From: Callorhinchus milii
Taxonomy: Eukaryota
Reading direction: 5' to 3'
Assembly (NCBI RefSeq): GCF_018977255.1
Contig: NW_024704743.1
Coordinates: 19,346,001-19,410,000 of the forward strand
Length of the DNA stretch: 64,000 bases
A program made the translations under genes and the position numbers. A model generated the notes under the pieces. The model saw nothing but the letters and a program-made list of their open reading frames with translations, searched no databases and had not been told where the DNA came from. Within the stretch, counting starts at the first letter, position 1, and every line of letters starts with the position of its first letter. This document shows positions 40,347 through 53,631 of this stretch, one piece after another.

Positions 40347-41439
40347 GTCTGTAGCAGAATTTCCCTCATGTCCAGTGATGTCTTTCTGCCCTCTAGACAT
40401 GTTCACTCTTTTATTAATAATCTATACTTGTCAGGGCTTGAACATTCTCATGTTCTCAGGCTTGAGACAACAACATGTGTTCTTATCAAGATCATTGGAG
40501 TAAAATTTAAAATTGTGCAGATCTTGGAAGCTCACTCAAACCAATATTCTGCACCAATGCCCAAAACAATTTGCATTTATATAGTGCCCCTTACGCAGGG
40601 CCGTGTCCCAGAGCGCTTGTCAGTGGTGGAGCACGATTCTGAATTGGGGGGAGGGGGAAGTGACCGTAGACTAGAGTGCCCTTCAGTGATTGTGAAAAAT
40701 TGACCTCTGAATTACAACTGTTCTCCCAGATTCCACACAATCTTAAATTTAAAGCAATTAATATACATAACTAAGAACGTGAGGAATTTCTGACTCCAGG
40801 TGGTTTTCTTTCCAAACATCTTTAAGTCCTCTTTAGAGATGACTCGCTAAGTTGAGATGCTTCCTTTCATTTTCTTGCTATAAGCACCACTGCAGTCCAA
40901 ACCCCACAAATTCACAAGACTGGTTCACCTGAAGAATGTCCTTCGGCCCACTTAATCTCATTCTTCCCAGAGTACCCACCCTATTGTCTACCCGCACACA
41001 CCAAGCTTTTATTAAAAATGAGTCCAGAGTCCTGACCTCAACCACTCATCCTAACATACAGTTCCAATTGGTAAACAACCTCTGGGTAAAGTAAGTAATT
41101 CCTGAAGTCTGTTCTGAAATAGCCCTTTGCCAACCTAAACTGTGATCTCTTGTTCTGCCATCTCACTGCATCTGACGGTTCAAGCTTCTCCAATGATCTA
41201 AGCCTCTACAATGCATTCTAAACTTTCCTATTATTTTACTCCTAGCTAGATGCTCCAAGAGGTACTTTCACCTCAGATTAGGCCACATTAGCAGGTTTGG
41301 ACTCACAGGACATTACAGGTACTCTTAATGTAATTACTAACCAAAGCAACTGCAGTTTGTTTCCGGAGCAAAGACATTGTTACTGTATGTTAGGATGAGC
41401 AATAATATTTTACTATTACTACTTACATAGAGTTACATA

Positions 41440-41890
41440 CAACAACAATTTGCATTTATATAGCAATGTTCACGCGGGGTAATCAGCTTAGCGGTGGCGG
41501 AGCTTCACACTGTACCAGGGAGAGAGGGGAGATGATTAACCATAGGCATGGTCAAAGATGAAAGGTCACTTACAATCTGAAAATAGCAAGGGGGGGGCAA
41601 GATGGAGGGAGTGAGGCAAGGAGATCCTGGGTTTCGGGGTTTAGTGGCTGAAAGCATGGCCACCACTGGTGGAGCGCAGGGGATGAGGAATGTGCAGAAG
41701 TCGGTTGAGCGAGGGGGGTGGATAGAGGAGTTGGGTAGAGGTAGGCAAGTACTAGGGCCTGAATTGATTTGCGAGTGAGTGTGAGGTTCTTGCAATTGAT
41801 CCATTGTGCAACAGGGAGCCAGTGGAGCCTGGTAAAGACTGGGGTGATGGGGGGGTGGGTGCAGTTTGGTTTGGGTGAAGATACGGGCAG
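41440..41890 (-). mobile_element. L2 3' fragment
   Basis: Minus translation PITPVFTRLHWLPVAQWINCKNLTLT; CAA tail. Confidence 0.7.
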
Positions 41891-42879
41891 GGATATATAT
41901 AATACATCACATGATATAGCACAGAAACAGACCATTCGTTCAAAATAATCTGTACTTGTGTTTATACTGCACACATGCTCTCATTCTTCCGGTTCACCCC
42001 TTGTACCCCTCTGTTCCCTACTTCTGTTGGGAAAAAGCCAGATCCTGCAAGATTTTATGATAAAAGGGCTGAACCCTGTTTTCGTGGTTTATGTGCAAAT
42101 ACAACACTTAGGAAAACCACAGGCACATTAATAATAAACTCTGATCAATTCCAACGGCACAGATCAATGCTGGGTTTCAGCTGTACCTGGTTCCTGACTG
42201 CTGAAACCTCCTACACTGTTCAGATGAAGACTTTTACAAGAGAACTACATAAAATAAAACTGGTCATTATTCAGCAGAAATAATTCTTCATGTAACCATG
42301 TATTGACTTAGTTTTGTGTCTGGGCATTAAAAGCTTTTGGCCAGCACACTCTATTCATGCATTATCTGAAGCTAATTGATACTGACCCTTTGCTGTTTAA
42401 TAGACCGATGCTATTAACAGTGTCAGTTAACCATACTTAACTCGCATAGTCAACATTACTGCCAGTAGTGCAGGGCTACAGAGTATGTTTGTGGCTACCT
42501 TGCAGTTGTGAATGTTAACACCCCACAAGCTCCCAATCAAGTGGGTGACAGTTGTATTGTAAAGCCTCTGGAAAACAACAGAAGAAAAATTGAAAGATAC
42601 TTCCTATCAGGCAAAAATCATGTTTCCTGTTATGTTGCTGTTTGCATTATAATATATAACCACTTCTAAAGGGATGAATGACATTTTGCATTAATTGAAG
42701 GAAGTGATGTTATTGCTTACAGTGGAACATTTTCTATTATTCATAACAGTATCAGCAATGACCACTACCTGCCCCATCAACAGTGTTCCAGCACCAAGAT
42801 TACTCCATTTCAGAGAAGCAAACCCTTTTGCCCTGTATGTCAGGACTTGGAGTTCATATAGTCTATGATGGCACACCAA

Positions 42880-43228
42880 CGTAGTGATGTGGGGTGTGCT
42901 GCATTGTTGGAGATGTCACCCTTCAGATGGGATGTTAAACCAAGGTCCCATCTGCCTGTTCAGGTGAATGTTGAAGTTCCCATGGCACTATTCGAAAAGA
43001 GATGGGAGTTTTCTCCCTGTGTCCCGGTCAACAATAATAAGGCACTATATTAAATACAATTATTCTTATTATAATTCACTTCATGGCTGTTTGGGTGACA
43101 TTGCTGTGTGCAAATTGATGGCCATGTTCACTCACAGCCATTACATTTTACAACATATCCTGTGAAGCGCTTTGAGACAGCCACTTGACGTGAAAGGCAT
43201 TATATCAAATGTAAGAATTATTATAATT
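42880..43228 (+). mobile_element. Deu-domain SINE fragment
   Basis: Deu-like core 'cccttcagatgggatgttaaaccaaggtccc...cccatggcactattcg' plus tail. Confidence 0.65.
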
Positions 43229-44491
43229 GCCAGTGTGGTATTTTCTATTTCCCACATGATTGTAGCCATATTGGGGTAGTATTTGCCAGGTAACAGCACC
43301 ACCTTAAAAGGTTGTATATAATGTCCTTCTGAGCTCAGAAAGTCCTTTGTATTCATGGGCGCTAATGTCAGCAAAATGCCTGGCAGTGGTGTACCTAATA
43401 CAAATGTTGGCATTGGATACAGTCTTAACTGTTCCAGGCAGCAAAGTCTGAGCTTTTGGAAATGGTATAAAGCCTTTGATTTATATATATCAATCATGTC
43501 TAATACTATTAAGATCTACATTCCATCCCATCATATGCCCCACTGCTTCAAAATAGTTCTGACCTGGTCAGGTCCAGCCCAGCTGTCATTTCAACTCCAT
43601 TTCCCAAAAACATTATTTTAAATTATTCATAGTGTTTATTCTGAATCATTACCAGTGAAGAATAGGAAATCTACAACTGTGTTTTCTTATTTTTGGCCTC
43701 CTGTAGATTCTAAAGAATCTGGAACGTTGAAGGTAGCTCCGATCATGTTATTCTGGCTCAAGGAGCCAGAATAAATTACTAACCCACTGTCGAAGTCAAT
43801 GCATGACTTCAGATTACAGCACAAATCTGAATGATATACGTATCCAGGGGGAAAACCCAGAAGTTCCAAGGCTGAAATTGAAATAGATTTTCAATAATTT
43901 TCCTTGTTATATTTCACTGCTTGCAATTGGGAAATTTAGCACCAACAGAAGAACTGATGGATAGAAGGAACACAATGATTCATATCAGTTATGCTAATTC
44001 ATTGTTTTTGTTCTAATCTTCACAAAGACGCAGATCAGGTTTTATCTGGTCTACAACTTGCTGATGTCTGACCTTGCACTTGCCCTGGTCCTGATAGTTA
44101 GAGTGAAAGTAATAAAATGTAGGGATGAAGGGTAGCAGTGGGCATGACTTGGAGAGGTTGGAGTGGTGGTGGACAGGGGAAATTAGATGACTTTGTAGCT
44201 GATATAGGTACTTGTGGGAGGAGACTTAGACACCTCCTCCCCAAAAGAAATAAAAGAAAACTCTGAATCTTACAAAGAGAGAATACAATAACAACATGAC
44301 ACTTACAATATGATTGATCAAGGTCAATCAATGTACTGAGATCCATCCGCAGTATTGTAAAGGTGTTGTCACTTGTTTCGATTTACAATAAAATGCTCTT
44401 TAGATTCATGATTTTGCCATGGGACAGTTTCACACTCATTGAATACATCCAGTAAATGGCTAATCTAATTCATGGCAATCACATCCAGGGC

Positions 44492-44815
44492 AGCCCCATT
44501 GGTGTAGTGGTTAGAGTTGCAGATTACCGACAGGAGCTTGCTGGTTCGAATCCTGATCTGCAGTGGCTTTGCTGGTTTTATCCAGGGCTGTATGAGGAGA
44601 CAAAATTGGCCCTGTCCCTCCCAGCATTAGGGAAGGGGGAAATCAGCCAGGATTCCTGCTCCTGGTCACTCTACAGCACCTTATACTGGTGGGAAAAGGT
44701 CAGGTTCAGCTGTGCCATGCTTTATAGTCGAGTAGCCTGTCAACACACACACTGTCGAGGCTTACACATAAAAAGTGGCCACTTAGATGGGATACCAGTG
44801 GACAACCAGTGCACA
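44492..44815 (+). mobile_element. Third tRNA-derived SINE family member
   Basis: A box TGGTGTAGTGG (44500-44510), B box GGTTCGAATCC (44543-44553). Body 'aaatcagccaggattcctgctcctg...gtagcctgtcaacacacactgtcgaggcttacaca...gtggccactt' recurs inverted at ~23200-23370. Confidence 0.65.
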
Positions 44816-45504
44816 TAAAAGTACACCTCAGCAAGAATAGGCTAGATCAGGACCAAAGGTCAGCATGAAAAAAATTAGAAGAAAATTGAACACACTAAAT
44901 TAAAAAACAAATTACATTCAAATCTTACCCCCATATTTCTCTATCAATGTAAATTAGCTTGAATCAAAGGACATTCATTAGCAGTGATGCCTTTTCTACA
45001 TCAATTTTTTTCACTACATCCAATTATAGTGGGAATGCTATAATATGTTTGAATTTTTAGCAATCATCGTAAGGCAGATCCAATTGTATAGCATAGTTCA
45101 TGTGTCTTGTTCAATTGTACACTTGCTACATTGATCCACGTTATAGTGTAACAACTAATACTTGGTCAAAATCTATTTTGAATGTCACCTGATCAAAAAG
45201 CTTTACACCATCCGCAAATTATAGAAGATTACAACAAATACCCTTCTCCAAGTTATGAATGGTTTTGATGCAGTGAATAGAAAGCGGCTATTTCCAGTCA
45301 TCAGCAAGTCAGTAACAAAAGGCTGCTTGCTTTATTACAATAATTGAGGATCTTCAGAAGAAAAAAGGCAGGTTGGAATTTTTTTATTATTAAACGGAGG
45401 ATTCATAAATTGTGAAATTTTTTTTGTAAATAGCTGTTGAACCTGAGTCGTCAAAAGCATTTTAAAATTAGATGAATATTTGTAAATATTCTATGTTCTT
45501 TAGT

Positions 45505-46312
45505 TAATAATAATAATGATTCTTGAATTTAGTATTGTGCCTTTCACATCAGGAGAACATCTCAAAACTCTTCATGGGATTTATTGTGAAGTGGAATGGC
45601 TGTGTATTTTTTGGCAAATGTGACAGCCCATTGGAACACAACAATGTCCCACAAACAGCCATGACCAATTGTAATTGGGAATTGTTGTGCAGGACACCAG
45701 GAGAAATATCTTCTTCTTTTGAATAGGGCCATGGGATTTTTAACATCCATTTGAATAGGCAAATAGGACCTCAGTTTCAACATCTCAGAAGGATGGCACC
45801 TCTGACAATGCAGTGATCCCCTAATGCTGTATTGAAGCATCAGTCAGGACAATGTGAATTCCAAGTCCTGACATAGGTCTTGAACTCACAATCCTCAGAC
45901 TCAGAGGTGAGAGTGCTACTAATGGAGTCCTGTAGCTCAGTGGTTAGAGCACACGCCTCGCAAGCGAGAGATCTGGGTTCGATTCCCAGCAGAGTGAATC
46001 ATTGGGCAAGGTTTCAGTACTCCACGCACCTCTGTTTACCTTGCGGTAAGTAGCAACCCAGTTGTTAGTCAAATAACGGATTGCTTTTCCAGGGGTAATA
46101 ATTCCTTCAAAAAAAAATAATTGGTCACTCAATCCATGACTGTGGGACACTGCTGTGGGTAATTGGCTAATGCGTTTCGCCCACAAAATATACAGTCAAT
46201 TCACTTTACAGTATATTCTGTGAAGCGCTTTGAGACGTCTCAAAGACATGATAAGGCGCTATATCAAATGCAAGGATTATTATTATTATTACTAACTGAT
46301 CCAGGCTGACAC
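45505..46312 (-). mobile_element. Deu-domain SINE whose head is split by a nested tRNA(Ala)-SINE
   Basis: Deu core at 45720-45850; head continues at 46296-46312 (ctgatccaggctgacac). Confidence 0.75.
45924..46289 (+). mobile_element. tRNA(Ala)-derived SINE, full length, with TSD TACTAA
   Basis: GGAGTCCTGTAGCTCAGTGGTTAGAGC...CTCGCAA...GGTTCGATTCCC; TACTAA at 45917-45922 and 46290-46295. Confidence 0.85.
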
Positions 46313-47094
46313 ACAATGTTTGTATTTGAAATAGTGCCTTATAATGTTGAAACATCTCAAAGTGTTGTGGCTGTTTTTCATATATTTTTATATATATATA
46401 TATATATAAACAAATGCAGCAGCTAGTTTTTGTACAGCAAGGTTCCACAATCAACAAGGAAACTCCCTTCTCTTTGTGGACAGTGTGTTGGGATCTTTAA
46501 CTTTCACCCAAACAGGGATACAGGAACTCTTCTCACATGGAGGACTGCACCTCTGACAATGCCACATTCCCCGAGGCCTTGGTTCCAGGTCATCAGAACC
46601 TAGATTTCACCTCTCTTTGCAGATTAGCCCAAGAAAGTAAATATTGAGCAAAATAAGAAACTTTAGAAGCCACTCTAAGGCTTACAATAGAAACTTAATT
46701 TGGTTCACTACATTAAGATGGTGGCAATTTGGTGTGAAAACGGAAGAGCCCACTTACCGGGAGGGTTGTGCAGCCACCTAGTTGTTGCTTATGCCAGCGT
46801 AAAGCAACACTAATAATGCTTACAAAATTGTAAACTTCATCCCTATTTATAGACTGTGCCATAATACAATGCTTTCCATTATGTAGTGACCTTTAACAGA
46901 TGTAGACCAGTGAACAATAACAATCTGGAGTAAAGTAAATTGTTCAGTAATTCAGCTTTTAGGAATTGCATTGTTTTGTTGATAAGTTGTGCTAGGGACG
47001 GGGGTGGCTTTATTAAAGTGTTACCTACAGTATTGGTAAAAGTACAGCACCTCACCAAATGTGCAGTGATTTTCAATCTCCCCGTAGTAGTCAC

Positions 47095-47960
47095 CTTCCA
47101 CATAAGCAGAGCTTGGCATACACCATGGGCAAGAGTATCCAAACCAAGCTGAGATTTCCATTATCCCGCCTATACATGGAAATTCCAAAGATAGATTGTT
47201 GGAATTGAATGCACACTCTCTCCTTGGAGGGACACATCTCGCTTAGCTAATTAGGGAAAGAGCTAAGGCTTCGGGACCCCAGAGTGTGCATTCGGGTACT
47301 GCTGGAGTCTCACCAGCTAAAACTGCAAAGATTGCCATTGATATTACTGTTTGGCAAGCTTTCCCGTTGCTTGTCCAGCTAAAGCCACCCTACCTGTTAG
47401 GGCTTTGGCTTACAGGGTTAACAGGAGCTGAGTGGGACTCCCTGTTCCCAGTGACTGGTCTACCCTTCCAGGTCCTGCTGAGCCAGGCTGGCTGTGCTAT
47501 CATCAGCAGTGCCCTGGAATACTGCAAGGCTCAGGAAGCGGACTACTGAGACCGCCAGAGAGGGTTAGCTCGATTCTGTTGCCAAACATTTCACCCCGGA
47601 GCCAGTTCAGCTCCAAGGTGAACCCACTTACCTCCCCCCCCACCCAAGGAGGATAGCCACCAGTTGGTTATTCAACGTCCAACAAGCGCAGGTTTGAGCC
47701 CTCACTAGGTGAATGGTAGGTACCAGGAACTTCCTGCGAACTTCCCGTTGGGCAATACAGCTCAGCATGAAATGGGTGAGAGCATTGCCACTGTCTTCCT
47801 GTCCACATCTCAGGCACACGTCCCTTTCTATTGAGTGATGGCTCCACCAATTGGAAGTGCAGAGTTTAAGCAGCAGCTGTTTACCTCTCTGAAGGCCAAC
47901 CAAGGTGGATTCCAGCGCTGGACTCACAAATGCGTGTTCACAAACCAGGACTCTAGGTAA
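47095..47960 (-). mobile_element. 3' portion of CCHC-bearing non-LTR retrotransposon
   Basis: ORF 47628-47963 LLLKLCT...ERDVCLRCGQEDSGNALTHFMLSC...RRKFLVPTIHLVRAQ; homologous to 26040-26915. Confidence 0.65.
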
Positions 47961-49178
47961 CACCTTCCAGGGACTGTCGCCCCAAGCCTCATAGTTTCCT
48001 CAACAGCTATCTGGCAGACATCTTCCTTCAGGGTGGTGTCTGGAACTGAACATGAAAATGTTGCAAAGGAAATGTTTACCTTACATTAAGCAATGGTTCT
48101 TTTGGAGTTTTGGCTTCCTGTGCTGTTTTTAAGAGTTTTATGATGGCACTGCAGGATTAAATGGCTCCATTATCAGCTACACAATGCAAATTGCAAAATG
48201 TTGACAATTTTTAATCAAAGCTCTTTATCATGTTCTTAACTTGCTAACTGTGTTTGAAGATACATAGTATCGTAGAGCACTTTGACACATCCTCCTGATG
48301 TGAAAGGCTCTCTATAACTGTAAGTTGTATTTTCTTGTAAAGTGGTTCCAGTCTATTTTGTAAATGTGTCACTTACCTTGTAATAATAGATTAGAATTAT
48401 GCTTCTGTACAGAAAACAATATGCACGGGCAGCATTCATTGTTTCACAATTCCTATATTCTAGTAGTTTATGCAGAGACACAGCAGTGGGACTTATCTCA
48501 CCGATTCCCGTGGCCAAGCTCACATACATACAGTAGTTACCTGGAAAGATGCCTTTGTATGTAGATGTTAAAAGAATCATTACCAAACTGAAATCCTGGG
48601 GAAGTACAGTTCAGAAAGTGGAGTCGGTGGAGACCTGATGATCTGGAAGTCAGCTCAGTAAAAATGACCAACATCTGGATCATCACATCACTGCTGTGAT
48701 GCCACTTCCGAGTTTTGCACATAGGAAGTGATGTTGGCTGCAACCTGATGACCTGGAAGTTGAAAATTTTCTAGCACAGGAATTAGCCAGTGAGCAAAGG
48801 AGGGCATGCGCAGTGAAACCAGCTATCGCACCTCCTTTTAGTGTAGGTTCAAATTGATTTGATGCGCTGCGATACAGTGGCCCCCACTGTACTTGTAAAG
48901 AGAAGGGACTTTCTCATGGTGTCCTGGCACACAATCGTTCAGTCAAATTGTCATTCACCTTTAAGTGCTCCAAAACACTACCCACATGAAGAGCGCTATA
49001 TAAATGCATGTTGTTATTGCTGTTGTAGCTGTTTGTGAGACTTTGCTGCGTGTAAAATGGTTGCCATCTTTACCTACAAAAAATAATCAGTACAAATGAC
49101 AGGTATGATCTATGCAGAACTTTGAGAGGATTTGATGTTACTAGTGCTGTGAAAAAATATTATACCCGAGTCAACTAA

Positions 49179-49216
49179 TTAGCTTTATTAGTTGCTGCAT
49201 CAACTAATAAAGCTAA
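49179..49216. repeat. Perfect 16-bp inverted repeat with 6-nt loop
   Basis: TTAGCTTTATTAGTTG-ctgcat-CAACTAATAAAGCTAA. Confidence 0.9.
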
Positions 49217-50529
49217 AACAATCAATTCTACAGAGCTGAATAGTAAACTGCAACATTCTCTGGCACTGAGTCAAAAAAGATGATCTCTTCCAGAGAGTAG
49301 GCCTATTGCAAACTTCATGTGATTTCAACTACATAGCTGAGTTCCCCAAAGAGCATGTCATGTGGTTTTCCCTTGCTTGCGCTCAATTTAAAATTCATCT
49401 CGGTGGGCTTCCTGAGGTTACACTGCTGACCTGAGGTAGGAAGATTCATTGAAATACATGCTTGTTGCTTGCAACTTTCTATCTTTGTTAAAATATCCAG
49501 GGGGCAAAAACACACAGGAATACCTCCTTGTTAAGCTTACAATGTACAATTGGCTCAATGACATAATGGCAAGCTTAATTGAATACAGAGGGATCAGTGC
49601 TTGGTAGAAATGTATTGATTATTGATGAGACTTAATTTAGAACAGAACAATTGAACTCTTTTTAAAAAAAAGTATTACTTTCTGAATGTGAGGTTACTGC
49701 TAATACGAGTAACAAAAGTAATCAATGTTAAAATGGCTTATTCCAAAATTAGTGCTATATAAAAGTGGGGGGATATGTTAGGGGAGGTGAGCTGGTGGAA
49801 GTCTACATAACAACAACAACAAAAACAAATTGCATTTGTATAGCCTTTCACATCACAGTCACTCCACTTTGCAATATATCATTTGAAACATTTTGGGATG
49901 TCCTCCTGTTGTGTAAGGATCAATATTTATTATTTAACTGGCGGTGAATTGCTACGTTTTGAAAACAGGAAGTTCAGTACCATTGCTCCATATTTACCAT
50001 CGACATTGAGACATTGGAGCTGTTCATCTCTGACAATAACCAGGGAATATTTGATATGATAAACATCACACGAACCAGGAACTTTGTGGGTAAGCACATA
50101 GTTTGAATAATTGGAAATCACAAGTACACACAGCCACAGTGCCAACTGAGAAGATACACTTTTACTATAGTGCAGTTCTGTGTCAGATCCTCTCTCTAAA
50201 TTTCTATTTCAATCTGTGACTTTCTCTATATCTCCCTCTATTTTGTTCCCTAACTCTAACTGAATTCTTGGCAACCTCATGTACATGTATACAACTTTGA
50301 ACATGCACACAACCCAATTTTGTTTTGCTAATATCTCACATCTACTTCTGCATCAGAGCCAGGTGTGACTAATTGAACATTTGAATAATCCCAGCACCTT
50401 GGAACGTCCTCCCGATGTGAAAGGCACTATATATAAATAAAATTTGTTTTGGTTGCCGTGAGGATAACCAGCTTTCTGCTATTGCTGGATTGACCCCATT
50501 TAACTCAGTTGTACTCTGCTGTATTTCAG

Positions 50530-50658
50530 AAGAATATTTACCAGGTTTTTGCCCAGCGGTCACTGATTTCATCTGTCAAAATGGTCAGTGTATCAAGTCC
50601 GACCTGGTTTGTGACTACAAGCCAGACTGTGACGATGAATCGGATGAATCTGACTGTT
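50530..50658 (+). CDS. MALRD1: MALRD1 internal exon (window exon 4): LDLa repeat
   Basis: Acceptor gtatttcAG (50528-50529), donor GTAAGT at 50659; phase 1-1, 129 nt. EEYLPGFCPAVTDFICQNGQCIKSDLVCDYKPDCDDESDESDC is a 6-Cys LDLa with the acidic DCxDxSDE motif. Confidence 0.93.
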
Positions 50659-50789
50659 GTAAGTAGTCTTAACGTTATTGCTACACAATGCACCTGTTAT
50701 TCTCATCAGATTTCCAATATAATTCATTGGGTTATATTATATACGTGAAAAGCGCTATATCAAATGCAAGGATTATTATTATTATTATT

Positions 50790-51868
50790 ACAATGCAAAA
50801 TTACATTTGCAAAGCGCCTTTCAGATCGGAAAGACGTCCTAAGGCACTGAATAGTCAGGGATTAAGACCCGAGCAGGGTGGGAGGTCGTTTGGGATCAGG
50901 GAGGATGGAGGGCAGAGAGTATAGAAGCATGGCCAAAGGCACAGTCGAAGAGGAGGGTCTTGAGGTGTGCCTTGAAAGAGGCAAGGGAGGGAGTGAGGCG
51001 AAGGGAATGTGGGACGGAGTTCCAAAGGGTGGGGCAGAGAGGCTTAAGGCCCAACCACCGATGGTGGGGCGGGTTGGTTGGGAGTCATGAAGCAGGCTGG
51101 AACCTGCTGAGCGGAGGGAGCGAACAGGTTGAAAAGGGGTTAGCAGGTCAGATAGGTAGGAGGGGGCAAGGCCATGGAGGGCCTTGAAGGTGAGCATGAG
51201 AATTTTTAACTTGATCATCTGAGGGATGGGGAGCCAGTGGAGCCAGACGAGGGTGGGTGTGATGGGATCACAGAGCCTGGTGCAGGAGAGGACACAAGTG
51301 GCAGAGTTCTGGGTGATCTGCAGCTTGTGGAGAGAAGAATTGGGAAGGCTGACAGGCAGGGCATTCGCATAGTCGAGCCTGGTTGTAATGTGGGCATGTA
51401 TGAGGGTTTCGGCAGCCTTAGGAGTGAGGCAGTGGCGGAGTTGGCCAATGTTGAGAAGGTGGGGGAAGGCAGAGCAGGTTATGACATGGATGTGGGGGAG
51501 AAAGGACGGTTGAGGGTCAAACAAAATGCCAAGGTTCCTGACTGGCTCAGTGAGGTGGAGTGGGCATCCTTGGATACTGATGCTGTCAGTGCCTGCGGTG
51601 AGGAGGCACTGACGCAAGCCAATCAGAAAAACCTTGGTCTTACTGACGTTCAACTGTAGAAAGTTAGCTCTCATCCAGGACTTGATGGCAGTCTGTCAGG
51701 ACTTCAGTGGTCCTGGAGTCGAGGGTGGAGGCAGAGAGATAGAGTTGGCTGTCATCCGCATACACGTGGAAGTTGACCCCATGTCTGCAAATTATGTCAC
51801 CAAGAAGGAGCATGTACAGATTGAAGAGGAGAGGACCAAGGACAGAGTCCTAAGGAACACCCTGCGGA
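50790..51868 (-). mobile_element. L2 LINE ORF2 fragment (end of reverse transcriptase domain through 3' tail), degenerate
   Basis: Minus strand [15 protein letters not shown]...[10 protein letters not shown] (RT motifs), then after a frameshift ORF 50862-51674 NFLQLNVSKT...VRNLGILFD...TRLDYANAL...LHWLP...FKALHGLAPSYL. Confidence 0.9.
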
Positions 51869-53430
51869 ACCATGAAAATTCCACATCAGATTCTCAGACA
51901 CAAAAGACTAATGTCTTTTCTGTTTCTTTGCACTTCAATGCGTCTTTCAGTTGTTCACATATAAACATTTGAACCATAATATTGAAACTCTAAATGCAAA
52001 TCACTGCTGGATAAAGCAGCTGCACTTTGAAGAAAAAGTGCTGTATCCACGGAATAAATTGTGACCTCCTTCTTGTCTCTGAAGTTTCATTAGTGAAGAT
52101 TTTTCAACCTTGTAAGCTCTGTTGACTCTGCATATGAAGATGCACATACGACATTGATGTGAAAAATATATCAAGACAGTTTAATTTTCCATGCACTGTG
52201 ATCCATTACATATTCAGAAGTTGCTGATGGCAGCTGATGGCAGCTTCTGACTTTGATGAAACGGCTTCTTAAGTACTTAAATTATTAAAATGGGGACAAT
52301 TTAGCTGCTTCTATTAAAATAAAAGCTCTTCTCTCCAACTTTGTCAGATAGGAGACGTCAATTAGGGCGGACTTGATAGACCCAATAGTCTGCTTCTGTT
52401 TATGTTTCTAGTCAATAGTTTTATTCTTTTGGCAGATTTATACCTCAAAACTTCTAATGGTGCCTAATATGTAGGTTTTCTGATTCCTTAAATAAGGAAT
52501 CTGAAAATGAGACTTATGAAGCAGCCCATAGAGATTCCTAATACAGACCAGTCAACCTAGCTCAATGGCAGGATTTGAACGAATAGGACCTGTCTCTGGG
52601 GCCTGAGGTTCTTCATACTTGACTCCTTATAACCCCGCAAGCCAAAGCCATCATGGGTAAAGAGTAGTCCTAGCTAGACAAGCAATGGGAAGCTTGCCAA
52701 TGTTTACAATGGTGTGTTTAAAAAAAAGAATAATAATTTGGTCACTCAATTCACCACTGTTTGTGGGACACTGCTGTGCACAACTGGCTGCTGCGTTTTG
52801 CCCACAAATATACAATCAATTCACTTTACAGTATATTCTGTGAAGCGCTTTGAGACATCTCGAAGATGTAAAAAGTGCTATATCAAATGCAAGGATTATT
52901 ATTTATTATCACTACACTTCTGGTATGATCATGCTGTAAATGAACCTGCACTATACTGAAAATATTATAGCAGAGTCACCTGTACACAGAACTCAATAGG
53001 GTTGTTTTGAAAACTCTTCAGAATCATAATGGGTTTCTGCATATATCAGACACCTGGCAGGAGAAAAGACTCCTGGGAACTCTGCTGTGGCACAATCCAC
53101 TTTTGGAGCAAACTTTAGGTTGACTTGCAGGTCAGTGTGATGTGCGTGATGTATTTCCATTTATCATAAAATTTATCATAAAATATATCCATTTATCACT
53201 ATGATTCCCAGGACAGTTATTCTTCCATGGTAACTGATAAGCAATTAAACAGTCACTCCTCTTTCTTTCTCCCTATTCCTGTCTGATTTGTGGGGTGATC
53301 TGCCTCCAATTGTCTGGCTATGGCGCTCAGTGACTGACCAGTAGGTCATTCACAAGCATAAAGCAGAGCCCTCCCTGTGGGGAATAGCTCAACCTCCACT
53401 TGCCACATCCCTATGAATGGGTATGCCTCA

Positions 53431-53528
53431 GACCACACCACAGCGACCACACCTCAGTGACTGCACCACAGTGACTACACCACAGACGACACTACAAGTG
53501 ACCACAGAGCAGTGACCACACACCACCG
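53431..53528. repeat. Degenerate ~13-14 bp minisatellite (GTGACCACACCACA-like)
   Basis: About 7 imperfect units ~100 nt upstream of exon 5. Confidence 0.7.
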
Positions 53529-53631
53529 TTGTAAAGGATGGGTGATTGGATTTAAATTTCATATGGATTGATTTGAATCACAAGTTGCACTTTCTAACCA
53601 TTTTTTTATTGTGACCATTTTCCTTCTTCAG

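Noticed and set aside
40260..40703. 147-aa ORF overlapping exon 3 (likewise ORFs 50509-50748 and 53665-53871)
   Set aside because: Wrong frames; the domain-bearing, splice-compatible frames are different.
45924..45998. tRNA-Ala(CGC/TGC)-like sequences (also 7400-7475, 14230-14303, 23456-23530, 34580-34651)
   Set aside because: These are SINE heads: each is followed by the same SINE body and LINE-type tail, and the acceptor stems do not pair properly. They are not tRNA genes.
48873..48891. TACAGTGG-ccc-CCACTGTA mini-palindrome resembling Tc1/pogo ends
   Set aside because: Only 8-bp arms, which is expected by chance in 64 kb.
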